Of a stretch of DNA of 60,942 nt, positions 49,791-59,228 are shown one piece after another. Source of the DNA: an uncultured Rhodospirillaceae bacterium (GTDB lineage: Bacteria > Pseudomonadota > Alphaproteobacteria > SP197); the NCBI GenBank assembly GCA_937880925.1, contig CALGGB010000138.1:1-60942 (forward strand). The letters are read 5' to 3'. Each line of letters begins with the position of its first letter. Within the stretch, counting starts at the first letter, position 1. The notes under the pieces were generated by a model. The model did not search any database. It saw nothing but the letters and a program-made list of their open reading frames with translations, and was not told the DNA's origin. A program made the translations under genes and the position numbers.

Positions 49791-50030
49791 TCAGGACGCG
49801 GGCGGCGCGGAGGTCGTCAGCGCCAGCGCGTGGAGTTCGTTGCCCATCTTGCCCTTCAGGGCCTTATAGACGAGCTGGTGCTGCTGCACCCGGGACTTGC
49901 CGGCAAAGGCGGAACTGACGATGGTCGCGGCGTAGTGGTCGCCGTCGCCGCGCAGGTCGTCGATCGCGATCGAGGCGTCGGGAAAGGCCTCCTTGATCAT
50001 GCTTTCGATCTCGTCTGCGCGCATCGCCAT
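49791..50030 (-). CDS. BolA-family protein
   Basis: 79-aa ORF with the blocks [32 protein letters not shown] and ELHALAL, characteristic of BolA-like proteins. It sits between purL and grxD. Confidence 0.85.
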   Translation of the reverse strand: MAMRADEIESMIKEAFPDASIAIDDLRGDGDHYAATIVSSAFAGKSRVQQHQLVYKALKGKMGNELHALALTTSAPPAS

Positions 50031-50048
50031 GCCATCACTCCCAAGCCG

Positions 50049-52268
50049 TCAGGCCGGTTCGCCCGCCATGTAGCGTGGCAACCAGCCTTCGAAGGTTTCT
50101 CGTAACGTTCCCAGCGATATGGGGGAGGCGCCGTCGACTGTCAATGCGTCGCCCCCGGTCATGCCCAGCACCAGCGCCGGGACACCAGCGCGGTTGGCGG
50201 CATCCTGCAAGTCCGCGCCGTCGCCTTCGACCGCGACGATGTAGCGTCCCTGGTCCTCGCCGAACCAGAAGGCGTGGTGGGGCAGGTTCTCGTGCGGCAT
50301 GGCGACGCTGGCGCCGATGCCGGAGGCGAGCGCCATCTCGGCCAGCGCCACCAGGGCGCCGCCGTCGGAGATGTCATGGCAGCAGGTGACCTTGCCGGCC
50401 TCGATCTGGCCGCGCACGAAGTCGCCGTGGCGGCGCTCGGCGGCAAGGTCGACGGGAGGCGGGGCGCCTTCCTCGCGGCCCGCGATCTCGCGCAGGTAGA
50501 GGCTGGCGCCCAGATGGCCGACGCCGTCGCCCAGCATCAGGATGGTGTGCTGCGTGCCGCCGAAGCCGATCCGGGCCGTTCGGTCGAGATCGTCGATCAG
50601 GCCGATGGCGCCGATCTGGGGCGAGGGCTGCACCGCCTTGCCGTTGGTCTCGTTGTAGAGCGAGACGTTGCCCGAGACGATCGGCATGTCGAGCGCCTTG
50701 CAGGCCTCGCCCAGGCCCTTGATCGCGCCGACGAAGGTGCCCATCACGTCGGGCCGTTCGGGGTTGCCGAAGTTGAGGCAGTCGGTCGTCGCCAGCGGAC
50801 GTGCGCCCACGGCGCTGAGGTTTCGGAAGGTCTCGGCGACCGCCTGCTTGCCGCCCTCGAAGGGATCGGCCTGGCAGTAGCGCGGCGTGCAGTCCGTGGT
50901 GACGGCAAGGCCCTTGCCGGGGCGGTCGGGCACCTCGATCACGGCGGCATCGCCGCCGGGGCGCTGCACGGTGCGGCCCATCACCAGGTGATCGTACTGC
51001 TCGAAGATCCAGCGGCGGCTGGAAAGGTCCGCCGAGCCGATCAGGTTGAGCAGGGCGTCGTTGATGCTGTTGGGCGCGGGAACGTCGCCCGCAGCGATCA
51101 AGGGGCGTTGCGGCGTCTCGTTCCAGGGCCGGTTGTAGAGCGGGGCCTCGTCCGAAAGCGGGCGCACGGGCAGATCGGCCTGCACCTTGCCGTCCTTGGA
51201 AACGACCAGGCGGCCGGTGTCGATGATACGCCCGACGACGGCGAAATCCAGCTCCCACTTCTCGAAGATGGCGCGTGCCTGGGCCTCCGCCTCGGGCTTC
51301 AGCACCATCAGCATGCGCTCCTGGCTTTCCGAGAGCATCAGTTCGTAGGCGCTCATGCCCGCCTCGCGCTGGGGCACGGCGTCCAGATCGAGGTCCATGC
51401 CGACATTGCCCTTGTCGGCCATCTCGACCGAGGAGCAGGTGAGACCCGCTGCGCCCATGTCCTGGATGCCGATGATGCTGTCGGTCGCCATCAGCTCCAG
51501 GCAGGCTTCCAGCAGCAGCTTCTCGGTGAAGGGGTCGCCCACCTGCACCGTGGGGCGTTTCTCCTCGGTGTCCTCGTTGAACTCGGCCGAGGCCATGGAG
51601 GCGCCATGGATGCCGTCGCGCCCGGTCTTGGAGCCGACATAAACGACCGGCGCGCCGATGGCGCCCGCGGCGGCGTAGAAGATGCGGTCGGCCGGCGCGA
51701 TGCCCACGCACATGGCGTTGACCAGGTTGTTGCCGTTGTAGCTGGCATGGAAGCTGGTCTGGCCGCCCACCGTCGGCACGCCCATGCAGTTGCCGTAGCT
51801 GCCGATGCCGGAGACGACACCACCGACGAGATAACGCGTCTTGGCATGCTCGGGCGCGCCGAAGCGCAGGACATTGAGGTTGGCGACGGGGCGCGCGCCC
51901 ATGGTGAAGACATCGCGCATGATGCCGCCCACGCCGGTCGCCGCACCCTGGTGGGGTTCGATGAAACTCGGGTGGTTATGGCTTTCCATCTTGAACACGG
52001 CGGCCAGCCCGTCGCCGATGTCGACCACGCCGGCGTTTTCGCCCGGCCCGCAGATCACCCAGGGCGCGGTGGTCGGCAGGGTCTTCAGCCAGACGCGGCT
52101 CGACTTGTAGGAACAGTGCTCGTTCCACATCGCCGAGAAGATGCCGAGCTCGGTCAGGTTCGGCTCGCGCCCGATGATCTCCAGGATCTTGGCGTATTCG
52201 TCGGCGGTCAGGCCGTGCTCTGCCGCGATGTTGGGCGTCACGCGAATGGTGTTGGGATCGGCGCTCAT
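50049..52268 (-). CDS. purL: Phosphoribosylformylglycinamidine synthase subunit PurL
   Basis: ORF 50049..52295, with the start moved to ATG 52268. It carries [16 protein letters not shown] and ESHNHPS, has the duplicated PurM-like domains, and is about 739 aa long. Confidence 0.97.
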   Translation of the reverse strand: MSADPNTIRVTPNIAAEHGLTADEYAKILEIIGREPNLTELGIFSAMWNEHCSYKSSRVWLKTLPTTAPWVICGPGENAGVVDIGDGLAAVFKMESHNHPSFIEPHQGAATGVGGIMRDVFTMGARPVANLNVLRFGAPEHAKTRYLVGGVVSGIGSYGNCMGVPTVGGQTSFHASYNGNNLVNAMCVGIAPADRIFYAAAGAIGAPVVYVGSKTGRDGIHGASMASAEFNEDTEEKRPTVQVGDPFTEKLLLEACLELMATDSIIGIQDMGAAGLTCSSVEMADKGNVGMDLDLDAVPQREAGMSAYELMLSESQERMLMVLKPEAEAQARAIFEKWELDFAVVGRIIDTGRLVVSKDGKVQADLPVRPLSDEAPLYNRPWNETPQRPLIAAGDVPAPNSINDALLNLIGSADLSSRRWIFEQYDHLVMGRTVQRPGGDAAVIEVPDRPGKGLAVTTDCTPRYCQADPFEGGKQAVAETFRNLSAVGARPLATTDCLNFGNPERPDVMGTFVGAIKGLGEACKALDMPIVSGNVSLYNETNGKAVQPSPQIGAIGLIDDLDRTARIGFGGTQHTILMLGDGVGHLGASLYLREIAGREEGAPPPVDLAAERRHGDFVRGQIEAGKVTCCHDISDGGALVALAEMALASGIGASVAMPHENLPHHAFWFGEDQGRYIVAVEGDGADLQDAANRAGVPALVLGMTGGDALTVDGASPISLGTLRETFEGWLPRYMAGEPA

Positions 52269-52346
52269 GCGGGCGCTCCAGAGGCAAGGTGGCACGCGGA
52301 GGCGCGGAGGCGGTTGCGCGGCTTCGCCGCGTACCCCCCTCTCTGA

Positions 52347-52431
52347 CCCTCCCCCTCAAGGGGGGAGGGGAATGATTGATGGGCGAGATCGGTGAGGACC
52401 CATGATTCCCTCCCCCCAACGAGGGGGAGGG
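52347..52431. repeat. Two direct copies of a C/G-tract REP-like hairpin (CCCTCCCCC-loop-GGGGGAGGG)
   Basis: Hairpin 1 is CCCTCCCCC (52347..52355) / GGGGGAGGG (52361..52369). Hairpin 2 is CCCTCCCCC (52408..52416) / GGGGGAGGG (52423..52431). Both lie in the purQ-purL spacer. Confidence 0.7.
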
Positions 52432-52467
52432 TTAGGGTGGGGGGGAGCGCGTAGCGCTTCAATCCCC

Positions 52468-53154
52468 TCACGACAGCGCCTCCACGATGCCGGCGAACAG
52501 GGGCACGGCGTCAAGGCTCTGCTGGCGCGGGCCGGTGGCGTCCTCGGGATGGGGCATCATGCCGAGCACGTTGCCCTTCTCGTTGACGATGCCGGCGATG
52601 TCGGCCGTGCTGCCGTTGGGATTGGCGCGGCTCTCGGCTTCGCCCGGCCCGGCGACGTAGCGGAAGGCGATCCGCCCTTCGCCCTCCAGGCGCTTCAGCG
52701 TCTCGACATCGGCGAAATAGTTGCCGTCGCCGTGGGCCACCGGCACGCGGATGACATCGCCCTCGACCAGATTGCCGGTCAGCGGCTTGATTGCATGGTC
52801 CAGGCGCAGGTGCACGTCACGGCAGACAAAGGCCAGGCTGGCATTCTTCAGCAGCGCGCCGGGCAGCAGACGCGCCTCGATCAGGATCTGGAAACCGTTG
52901 CACACGCCCAGCACCGGCTGGCCGGCGTTGGCCTTCTTGACCACATCCTTCATGATCGGCGAATGGGCCGCCATGGCGCCGCAGCGCAGGTAGTCGCCAT
53001 AGGCAAAGCCGCCCGGCAGGACGATCAGGTCACAGTCGGGCACCTCGGCATCGCCGTGCCAGGCCATCACGGCACTGGCCCCGGCGCGCTCGAAGGCGTC
53101 CTTCATGTCCACTTCCCGGTTGGTGCCTGGAAACACCACGATGGCGGCTTTCAT
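52468..53154 (-). CDS. purQ: Phosphoribosylformylglycinamidine synthase subunit PurQ (glutaminase)
   Basis: 228-aa ORF with [14 protein letters not shown], the nucleophile context GVCNGFQIL, and MPHPE. Confidence 0.95.
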   Translation of the reverse strand: MKAAIVVFPGTNREVDMKDAFERAGASAVMAWHGDAEVPDCDLIVLPGGFAYGDYLRCGAMAAHSPIMKDVVKKANAGQPVLGVCNGFQILIEARLLPGALLKNASLAFVCRDVHLRLDHAIKPLTGNLVEGDVIRVPVAHGDGNYFADVETLKRLEGEGRIAFRYVAGPGEAESRANPNGSTADIAGIVNEKGNVLGMMPHPEDATGPRQQSLDAVPLFAGIVEALS

Positions 53155-53174
53155 GGGGTTGCATTCCTTCTACT

Positions 53175-53294
53175 TGTCACCCTCCGGCTTGACCGGAGGG
53201 TCCATGCTGTGACCTCACCGGAAGCGCCTCGGACTGACCGTTGGCTCAAGTCTCGACACCACAGCATGGATCGTCCGGTCAAGCCGAACGATGA
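53175..53294. repeat. 120-bp MITE-like element with about 36-bp terminal inverted repeats, inserted between purS and purQ
   Basis: The left arm is GTCACCCTCCGGCTTGACCGGAGGGTCCATGCTGTG (53175..53210). The reverse complement of the right arm (53259..53294) is GTCATCGTTCGGCTTGACCGGACGATCCATGCTGTG. The termini and core are identical, and the internal arm hairpins differ by compensating changes. Confidence 0.7.
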
Positions 53295-53341
53295 CAGCGG
53301 GTGTGGATGGATGCCGGACCCCAGGTTGGCCGACAGGGTCA

Positions 53342-53584
53342 TCAGGCCTGGAGCTCGATCGCGTAGTTCTCGATCACCGTGTTGGCGAGCAGCTTCTGGC
53401 ACATCTGTTCGACCTCGGCGCGGGCGCGGGCCTCGTCGGTTTCGGCCAGTTCCAGCTCGATCACCTTGCCCTGGCGGACGTCGCCGACGCCCTCGAAGCC
53501 GAGGCTTCCCAGCGCGTGGCCGATGGCCTTGCCCTGGGGGTCGAGAACGCCGTGTTTCAGGGTGATGTGGACGCGCGCCTTCAC
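53342..53584 (-). CDS. purS: Phosphoribosylformylglycinamidine synthase subunit PurS
   Basis: C-terminal 80 codons of ORF 53342..53794. The GTG start at 53584 overlaps the purC stop (GTGA). [30 protein letters not shown]... is a typical PurS sequence. Confidence 0.85.
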   Translation of the reverse strand: MKARVHITLKHGVLDPQGKAIGHALGSLGFEGVGDVRQGKVIELELAETDEARARAEVEQMCQKLLANTVIENYAIELQA

Positions 53585-54342
53585 AGGGCGGCCCTCGGGA
53601 TCTCCGTCACGTTGCCGGTTTCGGGCATGATGCCCAGGCGGCGCGCGACTTCCTGGTAGCCCTCGGCCACCTTGTCCATGTCCTTCACGAAACGGTCCTT
53701 GTCCATCGGTTCGTTGGTGGTCAGGTCCCACAGGCGACAGGAATCCGGGCTGATCTCGTCGGCGATCATCAGGCGCATGTCGTCCTCGGTCCAAAGGCGG
53801 CCGAAGGTCAGCGTGAAGTCGACCAGGCGGATGTTGGCCCCCAGGAACAGGCCCGACATGAAGTCGTTCACCCGCAGGGAAAGATGGATCATGTCGTCGA
53901 TGTCCTGGGTCGCGGCCCAGCCGAAGGCGGTGATGTGCTCCTCGGAGACCAGCGGATCGCCCAGCTCCTCGCTGCGCAGGTAGAATTCGATGATCGAGCG
54001 GGGCAGGGGCGTGCCCTCCTTCAGCCCGAACTTCTCGGCGAATTCGCCCGCGGCGACGTTGTGGATCACGACATCGACAGGCAGCATCTCAAGCTCGCGG
54101 ATCAACTGCTCGCGCATGTTGAGGCGGCGCACGAAATGCGTCGGGATGCCGATCTCGCCGATCTTGGTCATCAGGTATTCGCTGATGCGGTTGTTGATGA
54201 CGCCCTTGCCATCGATCACGCCGCTTTTCTGCGGCCTGCGGGAGAAGGCGACATCCTTGAAATGCTGAACGAGAAAGCCGGGTTCGGGACCTTCGAAAAA
54301 GTCCTTGGCCTTGCCTTCGTAAACGCGCCTGCGGCGAGCCAT
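53581..54342 (-). CDS. purC: Phosphoribosylaminoimidazole-succinocarboxamide (SAICAR) synthase
   Basis: ORF 53581..54372, with the start moved to ATG 54342. It carries [30 protein letters not shown] and [10 protein letters not shown]. Confidence 0.95.
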   Translation of the reverse strand: MARRRRVYEGKAKDFFEGPEPGFLVQHFKDVAFSRRPQKSGVIDGKGVINNRISEYLMTKIGEIGIPTHFVRRLNMREQLIRELEMLPVDVVIHNVAAGEFAEKFGLKEGTPLPRSIIEFYLRSEELGDPLVSEEHITAFGWAATQDIDDMIHLSLRVNDFMSGLFLGANIRLVDFTLTFGRLWTEDDMRLMIADEISPDSCRLWDLTTNEPMDKDRFVKDMDKVAEGYQEVARRLGIMPETGNVTEIPRAAL

Positions 54343-54433
54343 GGGCGTGGTTCCCGAGGTAGTCCGGCGCAACCTGATGATTCGGCCGGAGGGCCGTCGG
54401 CGCCAGTCCGCGCGACCCTAGTGGAAATGGCGC

Positions 54434-55204
54434 CTAGACACAATCAGTTGTGTCCAGCGCGACCGGCCGGAACGACACCTTGTCTGGTCGCCCGGCCGCA
54501 AACATCCATATGGTGCGCCGAGTCGCGCCGGCAAGGCCGATCAGGGAGGACGAGACCGTGCCGAAGCCGCCACGGTCCTCGATCAGCAGGGAGCCGCTCT
54601 CGGTCGCCGACGAATCGCGGCTGGGATCGGCAAGGCGCGCCTGCCAGCCGGCCCAGTCGCCTGTGTCGGGATCGGGTGCCCGAGCGGCGCGGAACAGCGG
54701 CAGGTGGCGGGCCACGCGCGGGCTGGCGTGGCTGTCGTCCAGGTCGTGGGCGGTCAGCATATGCAGCCCTTGCGGAATCGGGGCCACTTCGGCGTTCGTG
54801 GCGCCATCCCTGTCGGTCCAGCGCAGCCAGAAGGCGCCTTCAGAGTCGGCAATGACCATGTTGAACGGGCGGAAATCGCGGCCGGGAAGGGCGCAGACGG
54901 CCCGTGCGGCATCCCGCGCGTTCTGGTGGTCCAGCGCAATCAGCGGCAGGTCGCCGCGGGTGCGCTTGTCGCCTGCCGGCCCCAGGGAGCCGACACGGTT
55001 GAGCACGGCGGCGACCACGCCGGCATCGTTGACCCCCAGCCAGGTGCCGCCGGCCTCCTCGTCGCGCCCGGCTGTCACTGCCGGACGTTCGGGCCAGTGG
55101 CGGCCCGGAGGCAGCCAGGGACGGCCCGCCATTTCGTCGCGATTGGCCGCGATCAGCAGGGGCCAGGCATGGCCGGGACGGTGCAGGGTGACAAGCGTAC
55201 ACAT
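54434..55204 (-). CDS. NRDE-family protein (TANGO2/DUF833 homologue)
   Basis: 256-aa ORF. The N-terminal MCTLV (Cys2), the eponymous AANRDE motif and GGTWLGVN are as in the NRDE/TANGO2 family. Confidence 0.8.
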   Translation of the reverse strand: MCTLVTLHRPGHAWPLLIAANRDEMAGRPWLPPGRHWPERPAVTAGRDEEAGGTWLGVNDAGVVAAVLNRVGSLGPAGDKRTRGDLPLIALDHQNARDAARAVCALPGRDFRPFNMVIADSEGAFWLRWTDRDGATNAEVAPIPQGLHMLTAHDLDDSHASPRVARHLPLFRAARAPDPDTGDWAGWQARLADPSRDSSATESGSLLIEDRGGFGTVSSSLIGLAGATRRTIWMFAAGRPDKVSFRPVALDTTDCV

Positions 55205-55235
55205 GGCAGAGGGTCGATTTCGCCGCTTCTAAGGG

Positions 55236-55263
55236 TTGGAGAGGGGCCGGGCGCACGCTATAT
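55236..55263 (+). promoter_or_regulatory. Candidate promoter of the zeta-subunit gene
   Basis: TTGGAG (55236..55241), a 16-nt spacer and CTATAT (55258..55263), 70 nt upstream of the ATG. This is a pattern match only. Confidence 0.3.
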
Positions 55264-55333
55264 GGAGCCTTGAAAGTCCGCCAGTATGATGGCCGGGCAT
55301 TAACCTCACACAATCCGGGGGATAGGCATCGTC

Positions 55334-55654
55334 ATGGCGCTGTTCGACGACCGTAAAAAGGGTCAGGAAAACAAGTACGCGCACGATCAGGAGCTTCGCT
55401 TCAAGGCGATCGCGCGCCGCAACAAGCTGCTCGGTCTCTGGATCGCCGCGCAGATGGGCAAGACCGGCGCAGAGGCCGATGCCTATGCCGCCGAGGTCAT
55501 TGCTTCGGATTTCGAGAAGCCCGGTGACGACGATGTCGTCGAGAAGGTCCTGAAGGACTGCCAGGCCGCCGGTCTCGACATGGACGAGCACAAGCTGCGC
55601 CGTCACATGCAGACCCTGGAAGCCCAGGCGATCACCGAGATCCAGAACCAGTAG
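55334..55654 (+). CDS. F1Fo-ATPase inhibitor zeta subunit (DUF1476)
   Basis: 106-aa ORF. MALFDDRKKGQENKYAHDQELRFKAIARRNKLLGLW...SDFEKPGDDDV is colinear with the alphaproteobacterial zeta subunit (Paracoccus type) as I recall it. Confidence 0.82.
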   Translation: MALFDDRKKGQENKYAHDQELRFKAIARRNKLLGLWIAAQMGKTGAEADAYAAEVIASDFEKPGDDDVVEKVLKDCQAAGLDMDEHKLRRHMQTLEAQAITEIQNQ

Positions 55655-55720
55655 GCCGTTGCTGGCGGCGCGGGCTTTTGCCGTGCCGCCACGACCGCCT
55701 GCCGGTCATCCGTTTATCGA

Positions 55721-56707
55721 TCAGGCGCCCCAGATCAGGAACAGCCCGACATCGCCTGGCAGGCCGCCGGGGAAGTCGAGGATGCGCGCCGCCAGGTGGA
55801 AGCCCTGCGGGCGCAGTTCGTGCTGCCAGCGCAGATAGACCTCCGCGGCCTCGCCGCGCAGGGTGGTGGGCCAATCGGTCTCCGGCACGTTGATCGCCCG
55901 CCCGCCGTCGCTGCACAGGCTGGCGGGAAAGGTGAAGATGAGCGCCTCGCTTCCGCCCTCCTGGGCAGCATGGCGCGCCTTGTGCAGCATCGCCTGCCAG
56001 GCATTGTCCCCGACATGGTGATCGATCAGTTCCTTCACCCTGGCGCGGCGGGCCTCGGCGGCCTCGCGGCGCTGGGCCGCATGCCTGGCGGCGGCCTGGT
56101 GGGCATGATCGGCGACCAGCGCGCGAAACTGCTCGGCGCTCAGGGGAGCCGGTGGCGACGGGGCGGGCGGCGGCGCTTCCTTGTCTTCGCTGTGAAGCAG
56201 GTGGCCGCCCAGGGCACCCAGCAGCCCATGGCCCGGCAGTGCGCCATGGGGCTGTGAGGGTTCCTGGGCCAGGGCGCGCAGCAGGTCGGCGCGGCTGACC
56301 ACGCCCACCAGCCGCTCGTCGCGCACCACCGGCACACGCTTGATGCCGTGGATGGCGAGCAGACGGGCGATTTCGGCGACATCGGTATCGGGCGTCACGG
56401 TGACGACCGGCGTGGTCATCACGTCGCGGGCGCGGTGGCCGCCGCCCTGAAAGCTCGCCAGATAGTCGGGATGCAGGGCTTCGCCCTCGGCGACCAGAGC
56501 CAGCCACCAGTCACGCCGGTGGCCGTGGTCGTCGTCGCGGCCGATGATGTCGCCCTCGCTGACCATGCCAACCGGCTTGCCGGCTTCATCCAGCACTGGC
56601 GCGGCGCTGACGCCGCGTTCCAGCAGCAGGCGCGCGATCTCGCGGGTCGGGGTATCGGGCGCGACCGTCAGCACATCCCTGGTCATCACGTCGCGGGCGC
56701 GCTGCAT
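55721..56707 (-). CDS. CBS-pair domain protein with uncharacterised C-terminal domain
   Basis: 328-aa ORF. It has two CBS motifs (ARDVMTRDVLTVAPDT...GMVSEGDII and ARDVMTTPVVTVTPDT...GVVSRADLL), a Pro/Ala linker, and then about 150 aa with no motif I recognise. It lies 16 nt downstream of purB. Confidence 0.78.
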   Translation of the reverse strand: MQRARDVMTRDVLTVAPDTPTREIARLLLERGVSAAPVLDEAGKPVGMVSEGDIIGRDDDHGHRRDWWLALVAEGEALHPDYLASFQGGGHRARDVMTTPVVTVTPDTDVAEIARLLAIHGIKRVPVVRDERLVGVVSRADLLRALAQEPSQPHGALPGHGLLGALGGHLLHSEDKEAPPPAPSPPAPLSAEQFRALVADHAHQAAARHAAQRREAAEARRARVKELIDHHVGDNAWQAMLHKARHAAQEGGSEALIFTFPASLCSDGGRAINVPETDWPTTLRGEAAEVYLRWQHELRPQGFHLAARILDFPGGLPGDVGLFLIWGA

Positions 56708-56723
56708 GGGTGGTTCCCCGCTT

Positions 56724-58022
56724 TCAGGCCCCGGCCAGCACGCGGTCGATCGTGGCTTGCGCGTGGCGGGTGTAGAAGCCGTAGTCGAAGATGGCGACGA
56801 TATCCTTCTCGGCGACCTTGGCCGAAACCTCAGGGTCTGCCTTGAGGCGCTCCAGGAAGCTGCCGCCCTCCTGCCAGGTCGCCATGGCGTTCTTCTGCAC
56901 CAGGCGATAGGCGTCCTCGCGGCTGACTCCGGCCTGGGTCAGAGCCAGCAGCACGCGCTGGGAGAAGACCAGACCGCCCAGGCGGTCGAGGTTGGCCTGC
57001 ATGTTCTCGGGGTAAACGACCAGGCCCTTCACCACGCGGGTCAGGCGCACCAGGGCGAAATCGAGGCCCACGGTGGCGTCCGGGCCGATGTTGCGCTCCA
57101 CCGAGGAGTGCGAGATGTCCCGCTCGTGCCAGAGCGCCACGTTCTCCAGGGCCGGCACCACGGCGGCGCGCACCAGGCGGGCAAGGCCGGTCAGGTTTTC
57201 GGTCAGGATCGGGTTGCGCTTGTGGGGCATGGCCGAGCTGCCCTTCTGCCCCTTGGTGAATTCCTCCTCGGCCTCGCGCAGTTCGGTGCGCTGCAGGTGG
57301 CGGATTTCCACGGCAAGGCGCTCCACGGAGGAGGCGACCACGGCGAGGGCCGCGAAGAATGCGGCATGGCGGTCGCGCGGGATCACCTGGGTCGAAACCG
57401 GCTCCACGGCCAGCCCCAGCTTCTGCGCGACATGGGCCTCGACACGGGGATCGACCGTGGCGAAGGTGCCGACGGGGCCGGAGATGGCGCAGGTCGCGAT
57501 TTCCTCACGGGCAGCCACCAGACGGCGCCGCGCGCGCTGGAACTCGGCATGATAACCCGCGAGCTTCAGGCCGAAGGTGGTGGGTTCGGCATGGATGCCG
57601 TGGCTGCGGCCCACGGTCAGGGTCAGCGCGTGTTCGCGGGTGCGCAGCGCCAGAGCCTCAAGCAGCGCATCGGTGTCCGCGATCAGCAGGTCGGCGGCCT
57701 GGGTCAACTGCACGGCAAAGGCGGTGTCGAGCACATCGGAGCTCGTCATGCCCTGGTGCATGAAGCGGGCTTCCTCGCCAACGTGTTCGGCCACGTTGGT
57801 CAGGAAGGCGATGACATCATGTTTTGTTTCGCGCTCGATCTCGTCGATGCGCTCGACCTCGAAGGCGCCGCGGGCGCGCAGGGCGTCGGCCACACCCTTG
57901 GGAATGGTGCCGAGTTCCTCCATGGCTTCCGCGGCCAGGGTCTCGATATCGAGCATGATGCGGAAACGGTTCTCGGCTTCCCAGATGTTGGCCATCTCGG
58001 GACGGGTGTAGCGCGGAATCAT
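56724..58022 (-). CDS. purB: Adenylosuccinate lyase
   Basis: ORF 56724..58097, with the start moved to ATG 58022. It carries [15 protein letters not shown], the fumarate-lyase signature region [11 protein letters not shown], and is 432 aa long. Confidence 0.95.
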   Translation of the reverse strand: MIPRYTRPEMANIWEAENRFRIMLDIETLAAEAMEELGTIPKGVADALRARGAFEVERIDEIERETKHDVIAFLTNVAEHVGEEARFMHQGMTSSDVLDTAFAVQLTQAADLLIADTDALLEALALRTREHALTLTVGRSHGIHAEPTTFGLKLAGYHAEFQRARRRLVAAREEIATCAISGPVGTFATVDPRVEAHVAQKLGLAVEPVSTQVIPRDRHAAFFAALAVVASSVERLAVEIRHLQRTELREAEEEFTKGQKGSSAMPHKRNPILTENLTGLARLVRAAVVPALENVALWHERDISHSSVERNIGPDATVGLDFALVRLTRVVKGLVVYPENMQANLDRLGGLVFSQRVLLALTQAGVSREDAYRLVQKNAMATWQEGGSFLERLKADPEVSAKVAEKDIVAIFDYGFYTRHAQATIDRVLAGA

Positions 58023-58168
58023 GGGCAAAACCGTGGTCTGGCTGGATGTGACGGCATCAGATAGCACGATTTCGCCTTTGCGCGCAGGCCAGCGCACGCA
58101 TGATAGGCTTGGTGCGCATCAACCGGGGGCGGAACAATGCCGACAAGCGCAATGGGTGGATTGATTAC

Positions 58169-59161
58169 GTGACGAAACGTTTCGTAATGATGCTGACTGC
58201 TTTGATTGCGCTGTGTGCTCCGGCGGCAGCCGAAACCTATCTGCTGTCGACCGGCGGGCCGCCCAACCATCCATGGGGTTTTGGCGCGCGGTACTGGGCC
58301 GAGCGGGTGGCGCAGCGCACAGAGGGGCGCATCGTGTTCAATGTCGTGCCGGACCTGCCGCAGGCGGGCATCGACGGGGACGACGAGTTCGCCGCATTGG
58401 CCGCCGGGCGGATCGATGCCGCGGTAGGCTCCTCGCTGGCCTGGTCGGGCGATGTGCCTTCGCTGGCTCTGTTTGCTCTGCCCTGTCTGATCGACGGCCC
58501 CGGCGACCTCGAGGCGCTGGTAACCAGCCCGTTGGGTTCGGCCCTGTTTGAAGACGTGCGCGCCCTTGGCGTCGAGCCGCTGGCCTGGGGCGATGCCGGC
58601 GCCTGGGCGATCGCCGCGCGCACCGGGCCGCTGACGCAGAGCCGCGATCTGGCGGGGCTGACCCTGCGCGCGCCGGCCTATCCGCCCCTGGGCGAGGCGC
58701 TGATGGTGCTGGGGGTGGATCCGATCGCGGCCGACCTGCGCCTGGCCCTGACCCAGGCGCGCCTTGGCATGATCGACGGCATCATGGCGCGCCTTGCCGA
58801 TCTGGCGGCGGCCTCGCGGCCTCCAGACGGTTATGACACATGGACAGTCTGGCCCTGCGTCGCCGAACCGCTGGTCCTGGCCGTCAATCGCGACCTTTGG
58901 CTTTCCTGGTCGCTGCAGGACCGGACAGCGGTCGCCCAGGCCGCCCTGGAGGCGGGGGTGGTCCAGGCACGGCGGGCGCGTGGCCTGGTGCAGCCGGATG
59001 CGCCCTGGATGCAGGTGGCCGGGATTCGCCTGGTGCGCTTCACGCCCGATGAGGCGGCAACGCTCTCCCTGGAACTCAGCCATATACGGGCGCGCTGGGG
59101 CCTGCTGGTGGGACCGGATCTGGTCCTGGAGGCCCAGCAAACCCTGCTCACGCCGCACTGA
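58169..59161 (+). CDS. TRAP-type (DctP-like) periplasmic solute-binding protein, orphan
   Basis: ORF 58100..59161, with GTG 58169 preferred (GGTGGA upstream; ATG 58187 is an alternative). It has the signal peptide KRFVMMLTALIALCAPAAA. The DctP-like blocks are NHPWGFGARYWAERV, LALFALPCL, LRAPAYPPLGEALMVLGVDP and MIDGIM. No DctQ/DctM genes are adjacent. Confidence 0.55.
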   Translation: MTKRFVMMLTALIALCAPAAAETYLLSTGGPPNHPWGFGARYWAERVAQRTEGRIVFNVVPDLPQAGIDGDDEFAALAAGRIDAAVGSSLAWSGDVPSLALFALPCLIDGPGDLEALVTSPLGSALFEDVRALGVEPLAWGDAGAWAIAARTGPLTQSRDLAGLTLRAPAYPPLGEALMVLGVDPIAADLRLALTQARLGMIDGIMARLADLAAASRPPDGYDTWTVWPCVAEPLVLAVNRDLWLSWSLQDRTAVAQAALEAGVVQARRARGLVQPDAPWMQVAGIRLVRFTPDEAATLSLELSHIRARWGLLVGPDLVLEAQQTLLTPH

Positions 59162-59228
59162 AGGGCGATGGCGCAATCTTGATCGATTGTGGCTGGAGGC
59201 TGGCGTACCCTGCTGGCAGGGTTCCGCC

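Noticed and set aside
54343-54433. Possible ZTP (pfl) riboswitch in the purC leader. The minus strand contains GGGTCGCGCGGACTGGCGCC, which resembles the 5' GGGUCGUGACUGGCG core as I remember it.
   Set aside because: I could not find the conserved 3' CCGCCUGGGC pseudoknot segment; the closest candidates are GCGCCGGAC and ACCUCGGGA. The consensus is also from memory. A covariance-model search (Rfam pfl/ZTP model) on 54343..54433 minus strand would decide; without it the call is unsupported.
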